A DNA stretch of 50,965 nucleotides, counting the filler, from Sphacelaria rigidula (taxonomy: Eukaryota): the NCBI GenBank assembly GCA_964200075.2. It is 3 parts of 3 records of this genome, joined end to end, with 100 filler letters (N's around TTAATTAATTAA, not from the genome) between each part and the next. Parts side by side here need not be neighbours in the genome. Positions count along the whole stretch, not along the records: positions 34,047 to 50,965 come from CAXNAA020001218.1; 2 more parts are not named here. One strand, given 5' to 3'. The number at the start of each line of letters is the position of its first letter. The first letter of the stretch is position 1. Made by a program: the position numbers and the translations under genes. A model generated the notes under the pieces. It was given only the letters and a program-made list of their open reading frames with translations. It searched no databases and was not told where the DNA came from. This document shows, one piece after another, positions 35,383 to 48,882 of this stretch.

Positions 35383-38300
35383 GGGGTACCCACCCACTGT
35401 ATGACGCAGTGTGGTAACAGGAGTATCGAGTGCAGGTAATGATTATTGTACTTCGGGCACGCAGGCACCGCTTGCCAAATATCTCGATATCCCAGGGTAA
35501 ATATTCAAAACTTGAACCATGTCTTATCGAGAACCGAAAAATCCGTTCCCAGAATCAGTTTCGTCTCTGATTGGTCGAGGCGATACCACCGCCCTTTCCC
35601 TCCCCAAAAAAACAGTTGCGAACATGATTTCCGGTGGCGGTCATCTGATTTTTTCATCACCTTGATTATTTGTCCGGCAAAATGAAGATGTACCGGGACA
35701 GAATCTGCATAATTAAATTAGCGGGCGAAGCCCGCATCTCCAGCCAAACCTCCCACACACAGATTAGGGTAACCTAAAGTGAATTGAAAGAAGCGCGACT
35801 ATGGCCGAGTGTTCAAACACGGCACTGGCCCAAAATTGAATACCTCTCCACAATCAGACGGAGGACTAAAACATGGGACATGTCTTGTTACACTACTGTA
35901 CCGAAGCAATCACACTTAAGCCCTCTCTCATGTGTTGGAGCTTTCACTGTCTGTTCTGTTGTGGTGTATTCACACATTGCGAACACGCTTTGGATTGCAT
36001 GGGCTGCGATGTTGTCGTTGTGTTTGTCTCTGCAGAGAACAATGTTAGTCGGCGCGCAGTGCTGGCTGCATGCTGTTGAAAGCTTCATGGGTGTGTTGAC
36101 TGTTCCGTCTTCGGTAAGACGAACAACGCGCTTTCTATTGCTGCGACACTCCAGCAGGTGCCGTGCGTTGGGCGCCTGTACTGTACTGTACCGCCTACTG
36201 TTTTGTGTTCAGTGTACAATACTGTATAATCTACGATACTGCATTGGCCTGAAACGCGCTACGAGTTAGACGGCACGAACACTTGGTTTTGGACTACTCC
36301 CCTGGCGATTCCCAAGCGAAATGGAGCGATCTGATTGGTAAGTTATTATACCGAGCGAATCTGTCCCGCTCCAAATGCGGTCTGTCGATTATCCCGCGTC
36401 AAATGATCAACGAGGGATCCAGCTATGATCACAAAATAGCCGTACAAAAAAAAAAGAACAGAAACGCTGAGAGACAAGTAGAGAGAACGTGTGTGGTGGC
36501 TTCCGCATCTTTAGACTTGCTGATGCCCGCCAACGCTGTGCAGGAACGCGCACGCGATACCGCTCTCTTTGGTCAATTCCCCTCTGAATCGGTGTAGTCA
36601 TATGTCACTCGGTACCGTCAAGTACTGCGTCGTTACGAGCCCGCCGTCAAACCGGCACCTGGCATCGATGATGCATGGACGGCATTCACATCGTGTGCCG
36701 AGTGACATATGACAGCACTGATTGAGAGAGGAATTGAGTACAGTGAGCAAAATCGCGTGCGTGTTGCTGCACACCGTTGGCAGGCATCAGCGAAAGTATA
36801 AAAATGCAACGAACATAGCGAACCGAAAAAAAGTAACAAAAAAAATGTATTGAGGGCATTTTTAGGTGCGATAAAATTCAGAAAAATTCCCAACTAAGAA
36901 AATTACCAAACCGAGGTCTATAAAAAACACGGAGGGGGGGTTACATCAGTCCCGATCGCTCTCATGAATAATTTGATACATCCTTTTTCTTTATGCTCAC
37001 CTCTTCATTGCGCTAGAATAAAAAAGAAACGTGTTTTGGACCAAAAACAGTCAATAACAACGCTGTCAATCCAGCCCGTAAGTCGTTCAATATTGAGTGC
37101 AATGACGATTTTTGTTCGGAATGTGCAGCAGATGTTCATTATAGTATCTCCCGATCCCTAAACTCCGTGATCAAACATTCACTGGGACGAGCAGTAGCAC
37201 CCGAAAAAACTGTTCAAATCGCCGAAAACGAAAAAATTAGTAAATTCCCCCGTTCCAGCTGGAACCCACTGTACCACTTCCTCCTCCTGCACTTGCTGCT
37301 TTAATTGCGCTGAGTGGGTGGTGACGAGGCTGCGGGACGGACCCATTTATTTCGGTACGACGATTTGTACGATACAACCGTCCCTACGCAAGTCGTGTGG
37401 TGTCAAACACATACAAAATGTTTTTTCCGCGGGTCATTGAACGAGGCGTCAACGGTTCCCGTCCCGTTCCTCCTTGGTGCGTGACTCATGACTCATCATC
37501 CTGAATTTTTCTTTCTTGGGGCGTTTCTTGATCAGTGGGGGTTTCGATATGGCTCAATATGGTCGCTCTGGATTCAATCAGGTTCGATATGCTAATTTTT
37601 CGGGTTTCGATAAGACACGGGCGTAATAACCTGACCCGAACAGCCGTACGCGAAGGACGCCTCGATGGCGCAAATAGTGATCATGCTGCATGACGTCACA
37701 AGGTGACACCGGATGTTTGAGAAGCAAGCGAAATCGCGAATCGTAATCAGCATCCTTCGACACACGTCAGTGCACCCGATCATTTCCCTTTCACATCGAC
37801 GAACTCGCTCTCTACAGCACGGAGAGTACTCAACATCCCATAACCCAATTTTTTCAGCCAGTACAGAAGAACACCCGTCCTCAGTATTCGGTATCCACCG
37901 GCATGGGGATAGCCGCCCCCCCTATAGAATATCTGGTGTGCTACCTCGGGTCTTCAGTACAAGTACTGAGTGCTCCGGGGAAAGCATGGTACCGACTGCC
38001 GAACATGTTGAATATTCCGTGCGACGCAGGCAGGGTATCGACACAAAAAAATGCCCTGCCCTGTAATCCTACCTTTCCTTAACTCTTAGACCGCAAACCT
38101 CCCTCGGATTGACTCAGATGGACTATGCTACATATGGGGTTCAGGACAGCTATTTTTCCACTGTACAAGACGCTTTTCATGAAAACATGGATGATACACT
38201 ACAGCAGCCCCAGCGGTCGCCTGCGGCACCAGGAGTTATGGGGTTAGCAGTATATTTTCTTCTTTTACTGTGCATCGCGTCTGTGTGAACTTCCCTCGTC

Positions 38301-38640
38301 CAGACTTTTTTCTTCATTTCCTCAGGCCGTGTCTTACCAGATTGTTTTCGGGTCGAAAATGTGCGGTCGAATCGAATTCGCTCGTTTTTGATTCGCCCAC
38401 GCTATTTATTTTCTCGGATCGTTGAGGACATGAATGCCGTAGGCGTATCAGGTACGAACAAATTGGATTCCACAGTACGTTTTCGAGTCGTTTCTTTTTG
38501 GTTAGACGCGGCCTCATACCTTATTTTGGGTACTCAACCAGCGACCACGGGAGGCGTCCGCATCAGATGCTCAGTACGGAGCACTACGCAGACATCGGAA
38601 CGTTTTTTAATGTCAAGACAACAACGATAACTATACACTA

Positions 38641-38685
<45 letters not shown>
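38641..38685 (+). repeat. (TAC)15 microsatellite
   Basis: Directly visible. Confidence 0.95.
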
Positions 38686-40507
38686 AGAGAGTGTGTGAAG
38701 TTTTGCTGGCAATACAAAAGGGGCCAGGCAGGCGGCAAACATCACGGGCAGAGTAAAAAGCAAAAACCACGTTGTTTGCGCCCATGATATCTAGGGTTAA
38801 ATGGTCACGACAAAAACGGGATATCCGGCTAGCCTGGGAGGTAGTCCATTTGTAGTCCATCTGGGGCTTGTCTGGGGTGTGGCATATGCACCATTCTGAA
38901 TAATCACAGCTACAAAATGGTCACTCCGCTCCTCTCGGGCCTCGTTCTGGCTTAGGGCGTGCCTCAGTATTTTTTTCTTCGATCGAAACAATGGGGCGGT
39001 GGAGTCAATTTGAGCGAAATTTTATCGTTTTGATGCAGTTGGGTCCAGATGAATTTTCGAGTTTTCAACGGAAAAAATACAGTGAAATTCGTGAAACGGC
39101 TCATGGTCAATTGTGTACAGTATACACAGTCTGTATACTGTCTGCACTGCTTGCGAGCACAAGCAGTGTCTTGGGCGCGTGTGTGCGTGTTTCGTTCAGG
39201 GGGATATAAAAGAGAAGCGAGCAACGTGCAGTGCAGACAGCACGGGGGTCAGTTCTCTCTGCTTACGATGCGACGTGAAGAGGGCTTCAACAACGTGCAG
39301 CTTTGTGCTGCCTGCACTGTCCATGAGCGTGCACGCAACTCGGTTGCCCACCGTACCACGCAGTTCCGTCACTGATCCTCACCATGAGGGAAGATGCGCA
39401 GGTTTTGGCCAACAAAAATGAACAAAGCACACCCAACTGCTGCAGTGTATTTATCCCTGGGCTCAACTCGTGCTCTATGCTGCAGGGTGGCGGTGGTAGC
39501 TAGGAATGAGTTGGATGTGGTGTGCGTGGTCCTGTGAACAGGTGTTATCTGGCGTGGTGGCCTGTAAGATAAGAGTCAAGTGCCGCTTCGTGCCTTCCGA
39601 CCGCATGTTTTCGATCGAAAACGATTGTTTTTTACCTCGATGCGTTCTTCTCCGGGTGCCGCCAATTATAATTTTGAGTTGAAGCCTCCTGGGAACATAA
39701 TGCGGTGGACCTATCAGATCGGCGAAGACACGCCCCTTGAATTTCCCGTGGGAAACATTCAAACACAATTATAATGCGGAATGAGTTTTTCGTTTTTCAC
39801 GTTTTTATGGGAGTAGGCCCGCACACCCCACTGTCAAAACCACTCCCCAGCCTCCTGGAAAACTATGGATAACCCTGGGCTATCGGCCGGTGAAGTTCTT
39901 CCGAGGCGACGCTCGCAGTCTGAGCGTTAAGCACCTCTGGAAAGTTTCCAAAATCGAACCCCAACGTGTAGAGCGCGTTTAGATAGGGAAGGCGAACCAG
40001 CGCCTGTGCGCCTGTACGTTTTGTAGCACAAGGATCAGTACAGTACAGGCTGGACCGCCCAGGAAGCGGACTTTCCTTCAGCCGGTTCTAACTGACGATC
40101 TATCGCGAGTTGTGCCTACTATGAGACATCGTGGTAATCTGCAAATCAACGCGCGTCTTTCACTTCACGTAGCACTACGATCTGACAAAGTTCCCATCAA
40201 ACAAAATACCAAGCTGTAGTCAGCTGCGAAGTGTAGAGAGTTGAGGATGGCATGTGCGGCGGAATTCGGGGGAAAAACGGCTGAAATCGCATTTACGCTT
40301 ACAGTCGGTTGTGCCGCGGCCAGAAAGTGATGGTGCTGCACTAGTTGTCGTTGTACAACAAGGCATGTCGTACTGTACGCCCGCAGAGTCTGAGATGGCA
40401 CGCAGACGAGACCTTCAGCGCCCCAAGGCGTCGGGCTTATAGAAAACGTCAAAGTTCCGGCTGAGGTTATTGTAGTCTAAAAGCAAGTGAACCGGTTCTC
40501 GAGAGAA

Positions 40508-41133
40508 AAACGCGATTTCGCTGTTCAATTTGAAGTAGGTTTCCATTAAATTTTGACACGATGTACATAAGGTATATATGGAGCCCCTACCGTTTCCCCC
40601 TTTTTTATTTTATTTTCCTCGTGAGTTATTGGTGATTTGAATTTCGGAACACTTTTTCTGGTACAGAAGCCTCCACGAGTCATTGAAAAAATGCCAAGGG
40701 GGACTACGGGTACTTCACAAAATACCTCATGCGCATCGTGTCAAAATTTCGTGGAAAAATACTTGATATTGAACAGCATAACCGTGTTTCATTTTTTCGT
40801 GACTGGTTCATCTCTACATAGGAATCGGTCTTCGACCCGAACACGTGACTTAACAGCTCAATTTTGGGTCGTTTCCTCTAAACTCTTGACACTTGCACAG
40901 GACGCATGTGTGAAGACTCCATCTTCTGCTCCCTACATTTTTTTACTCTGTGAGTTTTTGGCGACCAAATATTTCAGAGCAGTTTATTTCGGAACAAAAT
41001 AGTGAATAACTCCCTAATAAATACAGTAAATAAAATGTAGGGGGCAGAAGACGGAGTCTTCGTACATACGTTTTGTACATCATGTCAAAATTTCATAGAG
41101 AACGACCCACAATTGAGCTGTTAAATCGCGTGT
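40508..41133. mobile_element. Two neighbouring related fold-back elements (40508-40789, more diverged; 40841-41133)
   Basis: ACACGTGACTTAACAGCTCAATT..GAAGACTCCATCTTCTGCTCCCTACATTTT is mirrored by AAAATGTAGGGGGCAGAAGACGGAGTCTTC..AATTGAGCTGTTAAATCGCGTGT. The other copy shares the TTTTGACAC/GTGTCAAAA arms. Confidence 0.75.
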
Positions 41134-42071
41134 TTACATCCCTGTCCGCGTCTTGGGCGGCCCAGCCTGTACAAAAGTACAGCGGTGTTGGAACCGGCAG
41201 TCCGATGCATCATGGAGTCAGGAAGGAAACAGCGAACCCAGCACCACTGTAACAACACGAGAACAGACGGTGACTATACTGGTGAACCGTGTCACACGGG
41301 CCCCCGACTAGACCAACAGAAATGCGAGTACTCCAACGTCAAACGAGCTGAGAATCGAAGTTCTCGTCTTTACGCCCCCTCACCTTGTACAAGCCCACAT
41401 ACACGCATGTGCAGGGTTCGTCTGGCTCCATCGACCAAAGTCCTGCAGCCCGCAACCCCACCTACCCCAGCATCGCCACATCCGTTTTTGCCAAACGGCA
41501 CATCGACAAAGCAAGATAGCTTGTGGTTTTGCTGAGCTACAATCACACGAGAGGTCGAAGCGAGTGCCCGCCTTTGGGTTTCCCGCCGTAGGATGCTGCT
41601 GCAAAGCATTTCACCCAGTACGCACTGCCCGATGTTATGCTGTACCGTACACGATGACATACTAGGCGCTACGCATTACTATTGTTATTAGCTTTTATCA
41701 GTCATTCGAATGTCGATCGGGCGAACATAAAGAAAACTGTGAGCATTTAATATTGGAGTTGGAGGTATTCCCTACTCGTGCGTAGAATATATTTGATGCC
41801 GAAAAATGACTGTGGTATGAGTTTCATGCGACTCTGCTTCCGATTGCTTCTAAAACCAAATAACATTCATCATTTGACCGCGGACCTGAAACTGAAGCAT
41901 CGCCCGACTGTGCTATCTCGTTCCTGTCTCCCAAAGGGTATGACATACAGATTACATACCCTTTCCTGTCTCCCTCACAATCATCTCAAACCAACTATTA
42001 TCCTTATGTCACTATGCGCAAAGAACTGAGTACTACATACCGCGGTTTCGAGAGTGAATGGGAATCTACAG

Positions 42072-42332
42072 TGCTGGGTTCTCTTCGATATAAGGGCTCA
42101 TGGCAACATTGCAAGTACAGCTGCTATATTGTCACAACCCTTTGATGTGCGTTCGTTGCCGTGCCGAAACGTTATTATTCCGTAAATATATTGGAAAATG
42201 GCAAATGTTCAGGTGAAATTTAATCATATTCCGTGTATCCGAGGCCTGGAGGGTGGACGCCATAAAATATTGAAACAAAGTATCGAAGGCGACCCCACCA
42301 ACACGGATTGGACAAACGCCGGAGCTTGGTAA
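42072..42332 (+). CDS. Possible terminal exons of a hypothetical protein gene
   Basis: CAG|42072-42146 (CWVLFDIRAHGNIASTAAILSQPFD)|GTGCGT and TTCAG|42213-42332 (VKFNHIPCIRGLEGGRHKILKQSIEGDPTNTDWTNAGAW*) join in phase 0. A candidate upstream exon at ~37535-37580 (GGFDMAQYGRSGFNQ) also ends in phase 0. No family recognised. Confidence 0.3.
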
Positions 42333-45300
42333 TCTGCCCCTCTGTCAAAAGCAACACAGCTTCCGCAGCTACGTGGGGCAGATATAATGCCTTCCACTCC
42401 TTACGCAGGTGATTGATCGTGCTCGTCGTTTGTCATTGCTGCGTAGGTCGAACGAATGATCACAGGTGGGAGTAAAATTGTATACCGGCCTTTTCGTATT
42501 CAGTGTTCAGCCCCAAATACCCAAAACGTGTGACGGGCATGAGTTGAGTCTCGCCGGCGGGTGTCGGTTTAGGCCTCCGAGTTCCGTGCTGTTTTGGAAA
42601 CAGTAACAAACCTATACAGTGCATACGGCCACGATCACAGATGAGTTTATGAATTTAGCAGCGCCGACTTTTCTACCGGAGTCGTAGTCGGCATGCGTAT
42701 TTTTTGTAATCACTCTTTGAAGCCGGTTGTGTCTCTCTCACCGTGCATGTAAAGGGGTACCTGAAATGATTATAAAACGGTACACGTTGGGATTTTGGTT
42801 TGGCGACAGGCATCGCCCCCATTTATACTGGTGTTGGTAAGCAGCGGGGCATTTTTGGGCTGCGCTGCGTGCATGGACGAAGAACAGCTCCTCGTAATGT
42901 ATAACGCCATATTTGTTGGTAAAGTGTGGTGATGATTGATAGCTAATATGATCAGGAGGTGCTCGTTGCACACAACGGCTCGACAACTTTTATTTGTTTG
43001 TTCTCTCCAAGCACGACAGTTCTGCCCTCCTCTGTCCACGTCTAGATGTATGTACCCCTGTGTGTTGAAGAACAGAGATGTGAAACTGCTTGTCCCAACC
43101 TTCCTTCGACAACATAAAAATTGTCGCAAAATTCCCTCCACCCCCCCTGTCCCTAACCTCTTCTCACAGAATAATGGGCTATAGTTGGCGTGAGCTTTCA
43201 GTTACACTGCAATCACCGTGGCAGTAGCTCCCGTGCCTTTTGTGATCGATACGCTGCTTCGTTGGCGTGTCATCTTTGTGGTGTTGCCGTGCCGCAACAG
43301 GGAGAAACAAACGAAAAGCCGGTACAGACGGTATGGACAACAGGTAGTTGTTCTCTGTCGTACGCATCTGTGCAGCACCCGGACGGGCCAATAACACAAG
43401 ATGGTGGTTTGCTGTCCAACCGCAGAGAGTGTGATGGAAATTTGCAAGCGATATACTGTGGTCTCCGAGTTGGCCGATGCAGCGCAGGGTATGCACGAGG
43501 CGAACCATGCCTTGTGTCGCCGTCCGCGATTTTGCTTGTGTGAGGATGAGCACGACTTCGTACTACTCATTCCACTCACTGTGTTCCATCCATCCTACCG
43601 GAGAATTTTCTTGTGTTGCCGTAACTATAATATACTACTGCATGTACTATACAGACTGAATTTGTACCCGTTTGGCTTTTTTTTATAATTCTATGGAACA
43701 GACACAGTACAGTGAAGTGCGCCCGCACGCATGCTCTGGTATTTTCACATCTCACGAGTCGTGACTGATGTTCATGAAAAAGTGTTCTGAGCCCTGACAA
43801 TGTTCAACTCTCGCCCCAAGTCAGCGGTAGCTCACACCAGAATTGTTGACAGAAGGGGCCAAGGAGAGCGGTGGTCGGGGAAGGAACGGGATACCTGTCA
43901 GTTGGACATAAATCGATTCCGTGTATAAAGACGATATGCTCTTTTTTCACGCTGAGTTTTTGACCGTTGGTATTTATATCGTTCTACTATCGCGCGAGAA
44001 ACAAGGAGCGTTGTCGAGGCGGGAGGGGTAGGGACGGACAGGGTAAAACAGGATCTAGGATTGCTGAGGAAGGCATGCTATCCTCCAGGCCAAGAGAGTG
44101 GCTCGCCACCGATGCCAGGCGTGTCTGTATGAATACAGAAATGGGCGTATTCTACCTGATATGGTACTTGTATGGTAGTCGCACAGTACAGCACAGTAGC
44201 ATAACGTCCGCATGTGATGAATCTTCAATCTTTGGGGGCCCGAAAAGTTTTACCCGACGGTGTGTCGAGGATTTGACTGATTGTTGCACATGAAAAATTA
44301 TGGTGATGATCAGCCATGGTCGCAAGATAGATGAACTCAGGGAAACAAAAAGGAAACGCTCGCTGAAGAAAATGAACCGTGGAAATATACAAGAACCAGT
44401 GAACCAGCAGAGTAAGTTCAAGAAGGTACAGGATCATATCCTATATGACACGTTCCTGTACCTTCCACTATTCGAGTTGTCGACAAGGTGCGAAAGAAGC
44501 GGACCACACATCAGGGTTGTTTCCCAAGAGAGCGTCTTGTTTTTTCAGCCTATGAGTGTTGTACTTTGTATGATACTGCTGGCTGTGCACAGTCGTACGT
44601 CCCGTGCTGCACACCACAAAGTCGTGTCTGCGCTATCGACCACAGAGAGTGGAATTTTTTTCCGACCAATCAGAGTCTTTGACCCTGTTGGGACCGGTCC
44701 TCCAGAACGACCAAGGAGGCTGGTCAGGAATGACGTGTCTGATGTCTGCACGAAACAGTGGCGTGTTGCCGAAAATCCGCGAATGTAACCGCAGGGTTAT
44801 GACAAAGACTAAAAGTTACCGCTGCATACTCCCGTGCACGTTCTGGGCAGCTCTCAGCTACCGAGATCAACTGAATACCGCTTCTTCACCCCCGCCCACT
44901 TCATACATATTAACTGGACACTGCAAGTCATGGGCAGAGGGATAAGCAGAATTCATGACGGTAGCTCTTGTCGTCTTTCCACGGCCCACCTACCTGGGTT
45001 CAGTGCCTCGTGAAAATGACCACATTGTAGCGTGGACACTCCTTCCCGGTTTTCCTCACTCCATCCTGTGTTGATGTAATTACTGCGTTTTAGTTTAGGC
45101 TGGCAACCCCCCCATAATCCCGGGAACGCGATACTGAATGAAAGTAATATCATAAACCAAGCTGCCACTATCCTGCATTCTGAAACCTGGGAAGGCTTAT
45201 CTTGGCCAGGGATAGAGCCCCCACAAGATCTTCGCAGTGACATCACCCTCGGCAACAGTCCCCGTGCTGGTCGTTCGGGTCTGGTCGATCAATTTCGCCT

Positions 45301-45479
45301 CGCCATGACCGGGCAGGTCGCTCCCTGACTTATTTTTTATTATTTCACTACTAATACTAGTAAAAACACAGGGTCAGCCCCGTGTAAGTGGAGGGTCGGT
45401 CACAAAAGGGTTAAATGCACCACAATGCGGGGGCCTTTTTTCAATCAAATAAGAAAAACGAGTGAAATATGAGTCGAGA

Positions 45480-46262
45480 AGTAGCTTTGATTAATCCACA
45501 CATTGCGCCCCTGCGAGACAGACAGCTGCTACCATCAATCATCGAAGATATAGCAGCTCCGTGCTGGGCAAGTTTGTTTGCCCAAACCTGCACGCACCCG
45601 CCTTGCGTGTCCTCCCCGACCACAGCACCCGACTATAAGTGAAGTACCAGAGAAGACGCAACTGACAGCTGCGCAGCCGTTACGTGACGATTGTTTCAAC
45701 CTTCATTGTTTGAACAGCACTTGGATCCCACCCCAATTCTGTGCAGACCAGAATACGGCATGCAGCAGTACATTTTTTTCAGGCACTCTCCAACGCACAT
45801 CGCACCGTGATTGTCGTGAAGTATTGGGATGCACAACAGCACAGCGACAACAACTACAGCGTATAATTGAGGGGTTAGGATAGCGCCTTGTTCGTCTGAC
45901 TCACGACGAAACAGCCAACACACGACGAAGGTTTTAACACTGTGAAGTAGAGAGGACTGGGTGCCGACCACATTATTTTTCATAAAGACGAACGCAATGA
46001 CAATGAAGCAACTAAGGCAGTTCCAGGGGAGATCAAACCGTCTTCAAAAGGCCTGAAGGCACGACAGCGCAGCGACAGCTACAGCACACGAAATAGAGCA
46101 TGAGCGTGTTTGTGCTGCAGCACAGGGATACAGCCCATGTCCCATTTGATAGTTCTTCCCCTGATTTCGGGTGGGTCCTTGATTTTTGCCGAGTGGCAGT
46201 TTTCAAACGCTCGGCCATAATTGCGATTCGCGCAAAAATACTTCATTTCATTTTGAGTTACC
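45480..46262 (+). mobile_element. Family D copy
   Basis: CGTGCTGG..AGTTTGTT..CCGCCTTGCGTGTC..TCAGGCACTCTCCA..CAACAGCACAGCGACAAC..ATAGTTCTTCCCCTGATTTCGG..GAGTTACC. Inverted or partial relatives occur at ~35765-36270 (TTA|GGGTAACC terminus) and ~48000-48160. Confidence 0.75.
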
Positions 46263-46270
46263 TTGCCGGC

Positions 46271-46337
46271 GCCCGGTGGCTCAGTTGGTAACCTCGAAAC
46301 CTTGTGACGGTTGGGTCGTGGGTTCGAATCCCGGAGC
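46271..46337 (+). pseudogene. tRNA-His(GTG)-like pseudogene or tRNA-derived SINE head
   Basis: A box TGGCTCAGTTGG (46277-46288), AACC-TTGTGAC-GGTT anticodon-like arm, and B box GGTTCGAATCC (46321-46331). The acceptor and T stems pair poorly, so it is not a canonical tRNA. Confidence 0.6.
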
Positions 46338-48882
46338 GATCTAGGACTTTTTCTGACCCAGTGCCTAACAGTGGACAGCGATTATGTCGTGAGTATACAA
46401 AATTGGACTTGACGGCCGACGAGAGAAATGGACCGTTGAAACCTCTGGCGATGAAAAATTAAGGCAAGGACGGCAGAAGGAGTGTGGAAAACTAAAAACA
46501 AATATTGGAGCAAAAACTCCTGTGCTGGCCTTCCTCCTGTTTGACCCTGGCTGGTGCGCTCACATATGTACCGAAAGGTGTAGACCGGCGTCCAGAGTAG
46601 ATGGGATGACAACACAGCACACAGACACCCCCATCTGAGGGAGGTGAACCGAGAATGCATGAAAATCAGACGTGACATAAAACTCAGTCCACCGTTGGTG
46701 CTGCATCGGCCAAGATGAAGCATGACACGCCTGTGACCCACCCATCCAGGCAATGCGTCCGGACGCGCCAAGTCCCTTTGACATCAAGCATGGGTCATCT
46801 GTTGAGTCAGCATCGCTTTTACTTGAAAAATGAATGTGTAACCAGACCGCCTACCGTCTCGGTCGAAGGCTCAAGTCGAGGAATCTGTCGAGGTCATCAC
46901 CTTCACTGTTGTTGTTTGTTGTTGTTATTTTCACATTAAAAAACCGTTCCGATATCTAGCAGGACTCTGTACTGGGCGTCTGATGCGAACGCCTGCCGTG
47001 GTCACAGGCTACCTACGCCAATATATAGGATAAAAGAAAATCAAGAATGAAATCAGACCCAGAAAAATGCACACAGACGCGATACAAAAAAATGAAGATA
47101 AGAAAAGGAAGGGAAAAAATATCGCTAGCCCTCTAAGTTCCGATGCCGTATGCGACCACTCGAGCTACTTGAGGCAGGGCTCACTGGTCCACTCAACACG
47201 CGAAGCCAAAAAGGAAGGGAGCCAAACTCAAGAACCACGATCACCAAAAAGAATCGCAGGGTTTTATCCCCATACCTCTAGGGGGACAGCTATGTGTACG
47301 AATATACTAGGCACAGAGAGAAGAGCACCACATAACAGCACACACCACCTCGGGGGAGGGGGTGCATGGAAGTCAGCAATTTGCAGAGGCGACAAGTACA
47401 AGGGAAGATGATGGGGTGTCCTGCCACTTTCGCCCTGTTCAGTTTGGTACACGCTGGCTACGCATTCTTCCATCTCCTCCCTGCTGTCCTCAAAGCTTTC
47501 GTTTAATCGCACGTCATCGGCTGGCCTCTTCCTCGATCTTGTGCCAAGACGTCATCACTGGAGAGAAGGATCTCGAACCTAGCAGATGACGCATCCTGGT
47601 GGTCAAGAATTTGGGAATCTTGACCGTTTTATTTGTATTATTATCGCGATGCATCGATATTTCACCACGAGCTGGACCAACTGACGGTGTTTTTTGCCGA
47701 TAATCGGGTGACGCGGTGCTTCATTTGAGGAGCGTGAGACCTATTCTCACTGCGTTGTGAGAAAAATCCTGTCGAAAACTGTCGTTCCGGCCGTTCTCCG
47801 TCGTTTTACGCATGAGAGGAGGGTTAGGCGGATATTTACACCTTGGAATGACTTGCTCTACTCGGTGAGACCGTTACAGGGTACCTTTGCGTTCCCCGTT
47901 GGTCGTAGTTTTATTTTTGGCCAAACTTGCATTTTCAGTAACAAACGGTCAACTGATTGAGAAAGTGGCATATTGGTTCTCCCCTGTTTTTTCATCACCG
48001 TTTGTGACTGTGCAGCTGTTCGTTTTATCTTGTTTGGTACTTGAGTTGTCGTTGTCGTCGTGTGCTGTGATCGGGGAAGACGCGCAAGGCTGGTGCGTGC
48101 AGGTTGGGGTAAACAAACTGAGCCAGGGCAGATTGCTCTTTCCTCAGTGATCGATGGTCAATCAGACCCATTTTGCAACTTAGATGTACAACGGTGCTCT
48201 CATGTGATGGGTGGAAGGCCCCCTCATTTCCGTGCTTTGAATCGCTTTGATAGGTCCAACAATCTTGCAACCCATATTTATTTCCCCTATCCCGTATATG
48301 TGGGAGGTGTGCCAGAAAGTAAGGCACTCCCTGAAATCAATTCCACCGACCTTTGTCTCGATCGATAAGAAGATGTTCCGAGACACCCCCGTGTTATATA
48401 CGGGTATAGGAAGCGGAAATCGCAGCAGGGTTCACGCGAGATCATCGTTACATCATCACCGCTGATACATGCGAGTTCTTGATTTCAGTTTATAATTACG
48501 GAACAGATGCAGACCTTCAGATGGCTGACAGTCCCAAGTACTCATGGTCCATGTGCGAACCACGTGTTTATGCCGTGTGTCAATTGCCCGGAGACTCGGC
48601 GAGACCGCCTCTTGGAAGTAATGACAACCTGAAGCAACTTGGTTCAGTGCACTCGCCGCCCTTCCACGGCCAAGGTAGATATTGCGGTTATGCACCAACT
48701 TTTGGAATAGAAGTGGTGCCATTTCAACCGCTACCCTGTCCTGGCTGTCAGAGGGGTTCAACCATTTCAACGCGAGGTCCGGGCAGACCATTCGAGTCCG
48801 TGTATGTGCCGTTGCAGCACTTCGTGTACTGGATCTTGTGCACAATCGCTCCCATATTTGGGATCCCACACTCTTACCGTGG

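Noticed and set aside
42100-42152. ASTAAILSQPFDV as a mitochondrial-carrier PxD/E signature
   Set aside because: The spliced continuation (VKFNHIP) lacks the expected xxK/R pattern, and no other carrier repeats were found.
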